Below are positions 1 to 9,174 of a stretch of 48,305 nt of DNA, piece after piece; the first letter of the stretch is position 1; each line of letters opens with the position of its first letter. Under the pieces are notes generated by a model. That model searched no databases, was not told where the DNA came from, and saw nothing but the letters and a program-made list of their open reading frames with translations. The DNA is taken from assembly GCA_031387905.1 (NCBI GenBank), contig JANNDT010000502.1, positions 1-48,305 of the forward strand. Direction: 5' to 3'. The DNA is from Deltaproteobacteria bacterium. Its GTDB lineage: Bacteria > Myxococcota_A > UBA9160 > UBA6930. A program made the translations under genes and the position numbers.

Positions 1-7
1 TCGGCGC

Positions 8-670
8 CTACCCGGGGCGCGACGCGCTTCTAACCCCCCCGGGACGTTCCACGACTAAAACCCGGCGGGTGTTTCGTCGTGGAACGTCCCGTGTGCTTTC
101 GAAGCGTTCGTCGTGGAACGTCCCTCTCGAGACTCGGTAGAGCACGTGTGGGCGGAGGGGATCGCTGGGCGCGAGCGATGGGTGCTCGAAGTCGTCGCGC
201 GGGTCGCGCTGCATGCCGAGGCGCTCCATCACGGCGCGTGAGGCTTGGTTCTCGCGCGTGGTGAAGGAGACGATCTCGGCGAGCGCGTGGTGCTCGAAGC
301 CGGAGTGCAGCGCGGCGCGGGCGGCTTCGGTGGCGAAGCCGCGGCCCTGATGCGCCACCGCGAGCCTCCAGCCGATTTCGACGCAGGGCGTGAAGTGCGC
401 CTCGAAGCGCGGCACGGCGAGGCCGACGAAGCCGATGAACTCGGCGACGCTCGGCGCTTCGACGGCCCAGAGCCCGAAGCCGCGCTCGCTGAAGTGTGCG
501 TCGATGCGATCGGCGAGCGCGTCACTTTCCGCACGCGTGTGAAGTGGCCCGAGGAAGCGCATCACGCGCGGGTCGGCGTTCCTCGCAGCGAAGGGCGCGC
601 GATCGCTCGCACGCCAGCGGCGCAGGATCAGGCGCTCGGTTGTCAGGGATTCGGGCGCGGGCACGCGCAT
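8..670 (-). CDS. GNAT family N-acetyltransferase (RimJ/RimL-like); C-terminus runs through a repeat cluster
   Basis: LTTERLILRRW, FIGFVGL, VEIGWRL..HQGRGFATEAA, NQASRAVMERLGM are typical RimJ/L motifs. Confidence 0.9.
   Translation of the reverse strand: MRVPAPESLTTERLILRRWRASDRAPFAARNADPRVMRFLGPLHTRAESDALADRIDAHFSERGFGLWAVEAPSVAEFIGFVGLAVPRFEAHFTPCVEIGWRLAVAHQGRGFATEAARAALHSGFEHHALAEIVSFTTRENQASRAVMERLGMQRDPRDDFEHPSLAPSDPLRPHVLYRVSRGTFHDERFESTRDVPRRNTRRVLVVERPGGVRSASRPG
41..124. repeat. Three copies of a 15-nt REP-like motif GGGACGTTCCACGAC (one + at 41-55, two inverted at 76-90 and 110-124)
   Basis: Exact copies read directly from the sequence. Confidence 0.8.
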
Positions 671-717
671 AGCGTTGCGCGTGGCGAGCGCACGCGCGAG
701 CTGTCTACGCTGCGCGC

Positions 718-1938
718 ATGTTCTCCGCCCGCGCGCCCCGGGATCTCACACCGAGCCCGCTCGCCGAGCGGGTCGCGAAGGCGCGGACCTCGGGCCGCGA
801 GCTGTTCGATCTCACCGACGCGAACCCCGCGAGCCTCGCACTGCCTGGCGCGGCGCTCGCGGAGGCGCTCGCCGAGGTCGCGCGCTCGCCCTCGGCGCGC
901 AGTTATCAGGCCGACGCCCGCGGAGACCCCGCGGCGCGCGAAGCGATTGCCGCTCATCACCGCGCGGGCGGCGCGCAGCTCGAGGCGGAGCACGTCGTGC
1001 TCACCGCGGGCACGAGCGATGCCTACGCGCACTTGTTTCGCGTGCTCGCCGACCCGGGCGATCTCGTGCACCTGCCGACGCCCGGCTACCCACTCTTCGA
1101 GCATCTCGCCGAACTCGAGGGCCTGCGTTGTGCCCGTTACCAGCTGCACGCGCCGCCGCTCACTCAGGCGCGCTGGCGGCTCGAGCTCGACGGCCTCGCG
1201 AGCTCGCTCGCGCCTAACAGCCGCGCGCTGGTCGCGATTCACCCGCACAACCCGACGGGTTCGTTCGTTGCACCCGAGGATCTCGCGAGCCTCCGCGCGG
1301 TCTGCGCCGAGCGCGAGATCGCGCTGCTCTCGGATGAGGTGTTCGCGGATTCCGCGGCAGACGGCGCGGGCGCGCCGAGCTTTCTGGTTGGCGCCGAGGA
1401 AGGCCCGCTCTGTTGCGTGCTCTCGGGCGCGTCGAAGCTGCTCGGCGTTCCGCAACTGAAGGTGGGCTGGATCGTGGTGAGCGGGCCGCCCGCGCTGCGA
1501 GATGCGGCGCTTGCCCGCCTCGAGTTCGCTGCGGACGCTTTCCTCTCGGTGTCGCCGCTGGTTGCGCGCACGTTGCCCGCGCTGTTTGCGCGGCGCGCCG
1601 AGATTCGCGCCTCGCTGAACGCGCGCGTCGGCGCCAACCGCGCTGCACTCGGGCGCGAGCTGCAGCGCGTCGCGGGCGTGAGCGTGCTGCCAGCCGAAGC
1701 AGGCTGGGCGGCGATCGTGCGAATCGAGCGCGAGCGCGCTGGCGCAGAGGGTGAAGAGTCGCTCGCGCTCGCGGCTCTCGAGGAGGCGAGCGTGTTGATT
1801 CACCCAGGCGCGCTGTTCGAGCTCGACGCCGGCCCGCGGGCGGCTCTGCTCGTCGCGAACCTGCTCGCGCCGCCAGCTGAGTTCGCCGCCGGCGCTCGCT
1901 CGCTCGCTCAGTTCCTCGCCGCGAAGCTCGCAGCGTGA
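718..1938 (+). CDS. PLP-dependent aminotransferase class I/II
   Basis: PHNPTG, SDEVF and SGASK (PLP lysine) motifs. Confidence 0.9.
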   Translation: MFSARAPRDLTPSPLAERVAKARTSGRELFDLTDANPASLALPGAALAEALAEVARSPSARSYQADARGDPAAREAIAAHHRAGGAQLEAEHVVLTAGTSDAYAHLFRVLADPGDLVHLPTPGYPLFEHLAELEGLRCARYQLHAPPLTQARWRLELDGLASSLAPNSRALVAIHPHNPTGSFVAPEDLASLRAVCAEREIALLSDEVFADSAADGAGAPSFLVGAEEGPLCCVLSGASKLLGVPQLKVGWIVVSGPPALRDAALARLEFAADAFLSVSPLVARTLPALFARRAEIRASLNARVGANRAALGRELQRVAGVSVLPAEAGWAAIVRIERERAGAEGEESLALAALEEASVLIHPGALFELDAGPRAALLVANLLAPPAEFAAGARSLAQFLAAKLAA

Positions 1939-2939
1939 AGACGCTCGTCACTGGCGCGACCGGCTTCGTGGGCATGCACATCGCGCGCAGCCTAATTGCT
2001 CGCGGCCACGCGCTGCGCGTACTCGCGCGCTCGCCCGATAAGGCCGCGCGCGTGTTTCCCGCCGGCAATGTCGAGATTCATGCGGGCGACATGACCGACG
2101 CAGCCGCCGTTCGCGCTGCGCTGACCGGCTGCGACGCGCTCGTGCACGCGGCCGCGGCGGTCTCGCTCGACCCGCGTGACGCCGCGCGGATGCTCGAAGC
2201 GAATGTCCTCGGCACGCGCACCGTAATCACCAGCGCCTGCGACGCGGGCGTCTTGCGCATCCTTTACGTCTCGAGCCTCTCGACGATTCTGGCGCTGCCG
2301 GGCCCCGACCCCGGCCGCGACAGCCCGGTGCGTGAGAGCGCGAACGCATACGCGCGCGCCAAAGCGCAGGCCGAACGCGAAGTGCGTGCACGGCAAGCAG
2401 CCGGCGCGCCGATCGCAATCGTCTACCCGAACGGAGTGATTGGGCCGGACGACCCCGGCAAAAGCGAAGCCGTGCGCGCCTTTCGCGGATTCCTGACGAC
2501 CACGCTCGCGACGAGCGGCGGCCTCGCCTCCGTCGATGCGCGCGATCTCGGCCTCTTGTGCACGCGCCTCCTCGAAGAGGGAAAACGCGGGCGCTTCGTC
2601 GTGGGCGGGCAGTTCCAAACCTGGGACGAACTCGTTGCAACGCTCGAGCCGCTGCTCGGCCGCGCGATCCCGCGTCTGCGCGCGCCCGCGTGGCTGCTCC
2701 GCGGCGCGGGCTCGGCGCTCGATCTCGCCCGCCGCGCGCGGCCAATCTCGTCGCTCATCTCGCGCGAGGCGATGGAGTACGCGACGGGCATGCGCGCCAT
2801 TCCGAACGATCCGGTGCTCGTCGAGCTTGGCGTGACGCTACGGCCGCTAACAGAGACCTATCGCGACACGCTCGTCTGGCTCGAAGCCTCCCGTCGCACG
2901 CGCCGCGGGGAATCTTTACCGCCGGCTCGTAGCAGGTGA
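1935..2939 (+). CDS. NAD-dependent epimerase/dehydratase (extended SDR)
   Basis: VTGATGFVG Rossmann motif, YARAK catalytic motif; GTGA overlap with upstream stop. Confidence 0.9.
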   Translation: MKTLVTGATGFVGMHIARSLIARGHALRVLARSPDKAARVFPAGNVEIHAGDMTDAAAVRAALTGCDALVHAAAAVSLDPRDAARMLEANVLGTRTVITSACDAGVLRILYVSSLSTILALPGPDPGRDSPVRESANAYARAKAQAEREVRARQAAGAPIAIVYPNGVIGPDDPGKSEAVRAFRGFLTTTLATSGGLASVDARDLGLLCTRLLEEGKRGRFVVGGQFQTWDELVATLEPLLGRAIPRLRAPAWLLRGAGSALDLARRARPISSLISREAMEYATGMRAIPNDPVLVELGVTLRPLTETYRDTLVWLEASRRTRRGESLPPARSR

Positions 2940-2945
2940 CACAAT

Positions 2946-2961
2946 TGCGATGCGCATCACA
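2946..2961. promoter_or_regulatory. Putative CRP/FNR-family binding site
   Basis: TGCGA-N6-TCACA, one mismatch to TGTGA-N6-TCACA, in an AT-richer intergenic upstream of the FG-GAP gene. Confidence 0.4.
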
Positions 2962-3078
2962 TCGGCAAATGAGCCTCAAAACCCCGAAAAGCCCTGAGGA
3001 AGCGCAAACGCCGTGAGGCCGATCACGGGCGGATCTCCATTCGAATCCGAAAGTGCAAAGGACCTCGGGGGGTTCCAG

Positions 3079-4446
3079 ATGTTCACCGCTTCGAGATTCT
3101 CAGCCGCACCCGCGCTGCTCGCGCTCGTCCTCGCGGCGAGCGCCTCGGCCGTGAACGTGACCGGCACCTCCGCCGGCTTGTCGTGGAGCGCCGCTACCGG
3201 CCCCCTCAGCGGCTACGCCATTCAGGTCTCGCGGAACAGCAGCGCCTATTTGGAGGAAGCGCGGGTCTCGGGGACAACGACGCGCGTATCCGGGCAGATC
3301 GGTGAGACGGTGCGCGTGCGCGTCGCCGCGTTCGACAACACCGGCCGCGTAGGTGCTCCCTCGACAGCGTCCGACGCGATGACCTTCACGTCCGCGTCTC
3401 CGCCGCCTCCGCCGCCTCCTCCTCCGCCTCCGCCTCCGCCGCCTCCGCCGCCTCCGCCTCCGCCGCCGCCGCCGCCTCCGCCGCCTCCGCCTCCGCCCGG
3501 CAACGGCGGCAACCCAATCGCCGATGTAGACGGCGACGGCATTTCCGATGCTCTCGCTTACAACGCAACGACAGGCGAGCTTTCCGTCCTGCTCGTGCAA
3601 AGCAGCGGCATGCGTACTTGGCAAGTGATCGGCACGCCCAGCGATAGCGGGATGCGTCCGGCCGGTTACGCCGATGTCGACGGCGACGGGCAGGGCGACG
3701 TGTTGTGGCGCAACCCCGCTCTTGGCACGAACGAACTCTGGCTAATGAGCGGCGCCAATCATTCGGTCGTGACGTTGCCGAGTCAAATCTCGAGCTGGCG
3801 AGTGGCGGCCTTCCGCGACTTCTCGGGTGACGACAGCGCAGATCTATTGTTTTACGGCGCCAGCGGAGGCACCAGCGAGATCTGGACGCTCACGGGCGTG
3901 GGCCGCACGGGCGTGCTCGCAGTCGATCCGGCGCCGGCGGGCATGCAGCTCGCAGCAGTCGCGGACATCGACGGCGACGCTGCGCCCGATCTCGTGTGGC
4001 ACGACCTCGCGAGCGGAGCGCTCGAAGCCTGGCAGATGAACGGCGCGATTCCGACCGCCGTGTTCTCGCTGCCGAATGCGCCGACCGATGGAAGCATTGC
4101 AGGCGTCGGCGACTTCGACGCGGATGGGCAGGAAGACCTCGCCTGGCTCGTCTCCACCAAGAAGAAGCGCAGCGCACACGTGTGGTTCATGAACGGCATG
4201 CAGGCGCCGCAGCAAGGCGTCGCCGTGCCGCTCAAGAAGAAGAAAACTCTGGTGCGCGGCGTCGTCGACGTGAACTCCGATGGACACGACGACCTGGTGT
4301 TCGTGAGTAAGCACGGCTTCACCGCCTACTCGGTCGCGCCGACGGGCGCGTTGGACGCGAACGGCGTGATGGGTTGGAGCGCGCAGGCGATCCCATTGCC
4401 TGAAGTGCCGAAGTCGAAGCTCTGGTATTTCCTGGTGCTCGAATGA
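3079..4446 (+). CDS. Secreted protein: FN3-like domain, 33-Pro linker, FG-GAP/VCBS repeat propeller
   Basis: Signal peptide after ATG 3079; repeated DxDGDGxxD motifs; start uncertain (ORF open from 3013). Confidence 0.8.
   Translation: MFTASRFSAAPALLALVLAASASAVNVTGTSAGLSWSAATGPLSGYAIQVSRNSSAYLEEARVSGTTTRVSGQIGETVRVRVAAFDNTGRVGAPSTASDAMTFTSASPPPPPPPPPPPPPPPPPPPPPPPPPPPPPPPPPGNGGNPIADVDGDGISDALAYNATTGELSVLLVQSSGMRTWQVIGTPSDSGMRPAGYADVDGDGQGDVLWRNPALGTNELWLMSGANHSVVTLPSQISSWRVAAFRDFSGDDSADLLFYGASGGTSEIWTLTGVGRTGVLAVDPAPAGMQLAAVADIDGDAAPDLVWHDLASGALEAWQMNGAIPTAVFSLPNAPTDGSIAGVGDFDADGQEDLAWLVSTKKKRSAHVWFMNGMQAPQQGVAVPLKKKKTLVRGVVDVNSDGHDDLVFVSKHGFTAYSVAPTGALDANGVMGWSAQAIPLPEVPKSKLWYFLVLE
3400..3498 (+). 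repeat. (CCG/CCT)n tract encoding 33 consecutive prolines
   Basis: 99 nt of CCN codons in frame. Confidence 0.95.
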
Positions 4447-4787
4447 ACAAGGATGCCGCGATGCGGAAGACTCTCAACCGAATGATGCGCGCCGCCGGGC
4501 TCTGCGCATTGCTGTTACTGCTCGCCGGCGCGGCCAGCGCGCGCACCGAGTTGTTGCGCTTCCAGCACCCGGATCCGGCGTCCGTGGCGGGCTTCAAGGT
4601 CTACGTCGGCAACGCGGCCGGCGTCTATCAGACGACGCTCGACATCGGGATGCCCACGGCTTCGGGCGGCGTGTTCAGCTACTCGCTGCAAGTGCCGGAC
4701 GCGACCAGCGTCTACCTCACGGTCAGCGCGTATGGCTCGACCGGCCTCGAGGGCGTGAAGAGCAATGAGCAGCTGCGGCTCGGGTAG
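4443..4787 (+). CDS. Small secreted FN3/Ig-like protein
   Basis: Signal peptide ending ASA; GFKVYVG..GVY and VSAYGSTGLEG are FN3-like strands; ATGA coupling to upstream gene. Confidence 0.7.
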   Translation: MNKDAAMRKTLNRMMRAAGLCALLLLLAGAASARTELLRFQHPDPASVAGFKVYVGNAAGVYQTTLDIGMPTASGGVFSYSLQVPDATSVYLTVSAYGSTGLEGVKSNEQLRLG

Positions 4788-4911
4788 CTCGGCACTCCAG
4801 GCAAGCCGCAGATTCAGCCGTAGCTAGCGGCTTCGAGTTTTGGCGCCGCGCGCTCGACCCGGGCGTTCGCCGTCTCGTAGGGCACGTCGAGCGCGTGCTA
4901 ACTCCGCGCGC

Positions 4912-5382
4912 GTGGCCGTGCGTCGATTCTCTCACCTCGGGCTCTGCGTGCGCGATCTCGCGCGAGCGCGCGAGTTCTACGTGGCCGGGCTCGGCTTCCG
5001 CGAGCTCTCGCGCTTCGTGACGCGCGGTGCGGAGACGTCGCGGCTGCTCGGCCTCTCGCGCGTCGAACTCGAAGCCGTCTACCTCGAGCGCGACGGCTTC
5101 TGCCTCGAGCTGCTGCACTACCGCAGCCCCGGCGCGCTGAATAGCGACGTGCCGCGGCCGATGAATCAAGCCGGCCTCACGCATCTCTCGCTGCTCGTGG
5201 CCGATCTCGACGCCACGCTCGCAGCACTCGAAGCGCTCGGCGCGCAGCCGCTGCCGGAGTCGCGCATCGAGAGCCGCGTGTTCGCGGCGCGCGTGATATT
5301 CGTGCTCGACCCCGACGGCACGCGCATCGAGCTGGTCGAGGGTGAGTTCGATCCCGCAAATCTGACAGGGGCGACCGAATGA
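4912..5382 (+). CDS. VOC/glyoxalase family protein
   Basis: FSHLGLCVRDL..AREFY, GLTHLSL, DPDGTRIELVE; start inferred. Confidence 0.88.
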   Translation: MAVRRFSHLGLCVRDLARAREFYVAGLGFRELSRFVTRGAETSRLLGLSRVELEAVYLERDGFCLELLHYRSPGALNSDVPRPMNQAGLTHLSLLVADLDATLAALEALGAQPLPESRIESRVFAARVIFVLDPDGTRIELVEGEFDPANLTGATE

Positions 5383-6356
5383 GCTGGACCGGCCTCGGGC
5401 TTCCGCGCTTCCGCTACGCGAAGGGCCTCCACGAAATCGGGCGCGGGCTCTATGGGTACCTGCAGCCGGATGGCTCGTGGGGCTGGAGCAACGCCGGGCT
5501 GATCGTGGACGGGGATCAGTCGTTGCTCGTCGACACGCTCTTCGACCTGCGGCTCACGCGCGAGATGCTGGACGCGATGAAGCGCGCCGAGCCGCGCGCG
5601 GCGACGCGCATCGGCACGCTCGTGAACACGCACGCGAACGGCGATCACTGTTATGGAAACGCGTTGGCGGCGGGCGCCGAGATCATCGCTTCGCAGAGCA
5701 CGGCGGAGGAGATGAAGCAATTGCCCGCCGCGGTGCTCGGCGGGCTCGTGAAATCGCTGGCGGGCGACGAGAGCGCGCTCGGACGCTTCGTGCGCCGCGC
5801 GTTCGGTCCGTTCGCGTTCGACGAAGTCGGCGAAACCGTGCTGCCGACGCGCACCTTCGAGCGCGCGCTCTCGCTGCACGTCGGCGCCCGCGCTGTCGAG
5901 CTGATCGAAGTCGGCCCCGCGCACACCCGCGGCGACGTGATCGTGCACGTGCCCGCTGCGCGCACCGTCTTCACGGGCGACATCGTGTTCGTCGAGGGCA
6001 CTCCGATCGCATGGGAGGGCCCGATCGCGAACTGGATCGCCGCGTGCGACCGCATCCTCGCACTCGGCGCCGAGCTGATCGTGCCGGGCCACGGCCCGAT
6101 CACCGATCGCCGCGGCGTCGAGGCGGTGCGCGCGTACTTCACGTACGTGTCGCGTGAGGCGCGCGCACGCTTCGACGCGGGCATGGACGCGACCACGGCG
6201 GCGCGCGACATCCCGCTCGGCGAGTTCGCGGGCTGGAGCGATCGCGAGCGCATCGTCGTCAACGTCGACACGCTCTACCGCGAGTTCGGCGCCCACGCGC
6301 CCGCTGGCGACCCGCGGCGATTGCTGCGCGCCATGGGCGAATACGCGGGCGGTTGA
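5379..6356 (+). CDS. MBL-fold metallo-hydrolase (cyclase-like)
   Basis: NTHANGDHCYGN, AHTRGD, FTGD, VPGHG motifs. Confidence 0.9.
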   Translation: MSWTGLGLPRFRYAKGLHEIGRGLYGYLQPDGSWGWSNAGLIVDGDQSLLVDTLFDLRLTREMLDAMKRAEPRAATRIGTLVNTHANGDHCYGNALAAGAEIIASQSTAEEMKQLPAAVLGGLVKSLAGDESALGRFVRRAFGPFAFDEVGETVLPTRTFERALSLHVGARAVELIEVGPAHTRGDVIVHVPAARTVFTGDIVFVEGTPIAWEGPIANWIAACDRILALGAELIVPGHGPITDRRGVEAVRAYFTYVSREARARFDAGMDATTAARDIPLGEFAGWSDRERIVVNVDTLYREFGAHAPAGDPRRLLRAMGEYAGG

Positions 6357-6460
6357 ATCGCTGGCTTTGCGTCGCGCGCCTTTCGCAGCGCTGCGAGCCG
6401 CGCCAGAATGCGCCCCTTCGAGCGCCCACTTTCGGGCGCCGCCAGAGAGAGGAACCCGCG

Positions 6461-7552
6461 ATGCGCATGAAGGCCGCCGTCTACCAGAAGCCGAACCAAC
6501 CGCTGACGATCGAGGACGTCGAGATTCGCAAGCCCGGCGCGGGCGAGGTGCTCGTGCGCACCGTCTGCAGCGGCGTCTGCCACTCCGACATGCACTTCGT
6601 CGACGGCCTCTGGGCGCTGCCGATTCCCACTGTGCTCGGCCACGAAGCCGCGGGCGTCGTCGAAGAAATCGGCGAAGGCGTCACGTACGTGAAGAAGGGC
6701 GATCGCGTGATCATGTCCTTCAGGCCCTTCTGTGGCGTTTGTTATTACTGTCTGCGCGGCGAGCCGCACCTGTGCAACGACCCAGGCATCGCAGCCTCCG
6801 CGATCGGCCGCATGACCTGGAACGGCGGGCCGCTGCTGCAGTTCGCCAACGTCGGTTCGTTCGCCGAGTACATGATCACCTCGCAGAACGGCCTCGTGAA
6901 GATTCCGAGCGAGATGCCGATGGCCGAAGCCGCATTGATCGGCTGCGGCGTAATGACCGGGATCGGCGCGGCGCTCTACACCGCAAAGGTCCCCGGCGGC
7001 GCGATTACCGCGGTAATCGGTTGCGGCGGGATCGGCCTCAACGTGATCCAGGGCTGCAAGTTGGCCGGCGCGAGCCAGATCGTCGCGATCGACGTGGTGC
7101 CCGAGAAGCTCGAACTCGCCAAAAAGTTCGGCGCGACGCACACCATCAACGCGAAGACGGACGATCCGGTGGCGGCCGTGAAGGAGCTGACGGGCGGCCT
7201 CGGCGCGGAGTATGCGTTCGAAGCGATCGGTAACCCGAACGCCGCTTCGCAGGCCTTCGCGATGATCCGCAACGGCGGCACTGCGGTGATCGTCGGCATG
7301 ATGCCGCAGGGCTCCGAGATCAAGCTCAGCGGCCCGGACTTCCTGATGGAGAAGAAGGCGATCGGCTGCATGTACGGCTCGACGCGCTTCCGCGACCACA
7401 TGCCGAAACTCGTGGACCTGTTTCTTCAGGGCCGCATCGACCTCACAGGACTCGTGAGCCAGCGGCTCAAGCTCTCCGAAGTGAACAAGGGCTTCGACCT
7501 GATGCGCAGCGGCAAGGTCGCGCGCTCGGTGCTCGACATCAGCGCTGCTTAG
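6461..7552 (+). CDS. Zn-dependent alcohol dehydrogenase
   Basis: GVCHSD, GHEAAG, CGVCYYC..C structural Zn, GCGGIG; GAGG RBS before 6461. Confidence 0.93.
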   Translation: MRMKAAVYQKPNQPLTIEDVEIRKPGAGEVLVRTVCSGVCHSDMHFVDGLWALPIPTVLGHEAAGVVEEIGEGVTYVKKGDRVIMSFRPFCGVCYYCLRGEPHLCNDPGIAASAIGRMTWNGGPLLQFANVGSFAEYMITSQNGLVKIPSEMPMAEAALIGCGVMTGIGAALYTAKVPGGAITAVIGCGGIGLNVIQGCKLAGASQIVAIDVVPEKLELAKKFGATHTINAKTDDPVAAVKELTGGLGAEYAFEAIGNPNAASQAFAMIRNGGTAVIVGMMPQGSEIKLSGPDFLMEKKAIGCMYGSTRFRDHMPKLVDLFLQGRIDLTGLVSQRLKLSEVNKGFDLMRSGKVARSVLDISAA

Positions 7553-7596
7553 GGACCGGCGAGGAATACGGTTCCACGATCACGGGAGGAACAGCA

Positions 7597-9132
7597 ATGG
7601 CCTACGGACCGAAAGAGATCGAGGAGAAGTATCACAAGTTGCTCGCGGAGGATTCGCGGCCGGTTCCTGATTCCTACCGGCGCGATTCGCGGCTGGCAGG
7701 CACGACCATCGTTCCGGTCGAGCAGTTCACGTCTCGCGCCTTTCACGACCTCGAAGTCGAGAAGGTCTGGAAGCGCGTCTGGCAGATGGCGTGCCACGAG
7801 GACGACATTCCCGAGGTCGGCGACTCGCTGCCCTACGACATCGCTGGCATGTCTTTCCTCGTCGTTCGCACGGCGCCGGACGAGTTCAAGGCGTACTACA
7901 ACGCGTGCCTTCACCGCGGTCGCAAGCTCAAAGAGGTCCGTGGCAAGAAGGCGACCGAGCTGCGCTGCCCCTTTCACGGCTGGGCCTGGCAGCTCGATGG
8001 GCGGCTGAAGGAGATCCCGTGCGAATGGGATTTCTCGTACCTTGATAAGTCGAAGCAGAGCCTTCCGGAGGTGAGAGTCGGGCGCTGGGGCCGCTTCGTG
8101 TTCATCAACCCCGACCCGGACTGCGAGCCGCTCGAGAAGTTCGTCGGCGACCTCTCGAGCCATTTCACCGTGCTGCCTTATGAGAAGCGCTTCAAGGACG
8201 CGCACGTTGCCAAAATCATGCGCGCCAATTGGAAGGTGGTGATGCAGGCCTTCATGGAGGCCTACCACGTCATCATGACGCACCCGCAGATCGTCACGGG
8301 CCACACCCAAGATGGGAACACGAAGTACGACGTGTTCGGCAACTACTCGCGGGCGATTACCGTCGCGGGCATGGAAGAGTACGGGCTGCCGAATTGGGGC
8401 CCGGTCCCGCCGCCGCCGAGCCAGCGCGACGTGCGCTCGGGCATCGTCTACACGCCGCGTGCGGACGGGAACGTCGACGCGGCGGCGCCGGACGGCAAGC
8501 GTGGCGTGTTCAAGCCGAACGCCGACTGGGTGGCGGGTGAGCTCGGAGAGGCCAACCCGCACATGTGCAATCTGGTTGGCGGACGCCAGCTCCCGCCCGG
8601 GGCGATGGACGTGCGTGGCCGGTCGCGAGTCTCGGCGTCGGCAGCCATCGACCCGCTCGACGTGGTCGGTCAGCACCGCGCGATGGCGGCGTTCCAGCGC
8701 GAGAGCTACCGCGCGGTGATTGGGGACCTCGCAGACGAGGCCGCGGACATCGAGTTCGCGCCGGTCTACTTCACGCTGTTCCCGAACTTCCATCCATGGG
8801 GCTCGTTCAACCGGATCGTCTACCGCTTCCGGCCGAACGGAAACAACCCGGACGAAAGCATCATGGAGTGCATGTACCTGGCGCCGATTCCTGCGGACGG
8901 GAACTACCCGAAGGGGCTCCCGATCCACTGGCTCGGTGCGGACGACGACTGGGTGGACGCGCCAGAGCTGGGAATGCTCTCGAAGGTCTTCAATCAGGAT
9001 TCGCGCAATTTGCCGTTTGTGCAGCAGGGCCTACACGCCACGAAACGGCCCGCGCTCCAGCTCGCCTCCTACAACGAGACCAAGCTGCGCCACTTCCATA
9101 AGCTGCTCGACGAGTGGATCCAGAAGCCGTGA
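7597..9132 (+). CDS. Rieske non-heme iron oxygenase alpha subunit
   Basis: NACLHRG...CPFHGW Rieske cluster; NWK..EAYH..TH mononuclear Fe site; C-terminal QD..VQQG. Confidence 0.92.
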   Translation: MAYGPKEIEEKYHKLLAEDSRPVPDSYRRDSRLAGTTIVPVEQFTSRAFHDLEVEKVWKRVWQMACHEDDIPEVGDSLPYDIAGMSFLVVRTAPDEFKAYYNACLHRGRKLKEVRGKKATELRCPFHGWAWQLDGRLKEIPCEWDFSYLDKSKQSLPEVRVGRWGRFVFINPDPDCEPLEKFVGDLSSHFTVLPYEKRFKDAHVAKIMRANWKVVMQAFMEAYHVIMTHPQIVTGHTQDGNTKYDVFGNYSRAITVAGMEEYGLPNWGPVPPPPSQRDVRSGIVYTPRADGNVDAAAPDGKRGVFKPNADWVAGELGEANPHMCNLVGGRQLPPGAMDVRGRSRVSASAAIDPLDVVGQHRAMAAFQRESYRAVIGDLADEAADIEFAPVYFTLFPNFHPWGSFNRIVYRFRPNGNNPDESIMECMYLAPIPADGNYPKGLPIHWLGADDDWVDAPELGMLSKVFNQDSRNLPFVQQGLHATKRPALQLASYNETKLRHFHKLLDEWIQKP

Positions 9133-9174
9133 ACGCCGGCGGGTAGCGCTCGCGCGGAAGCCTATCGGCGGGCG

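Noticed and set aside
41-124. CRISPR array
   Set aside because: Repeats are 15-18 nt, in mixed orientation, with only three copies and no cas genes
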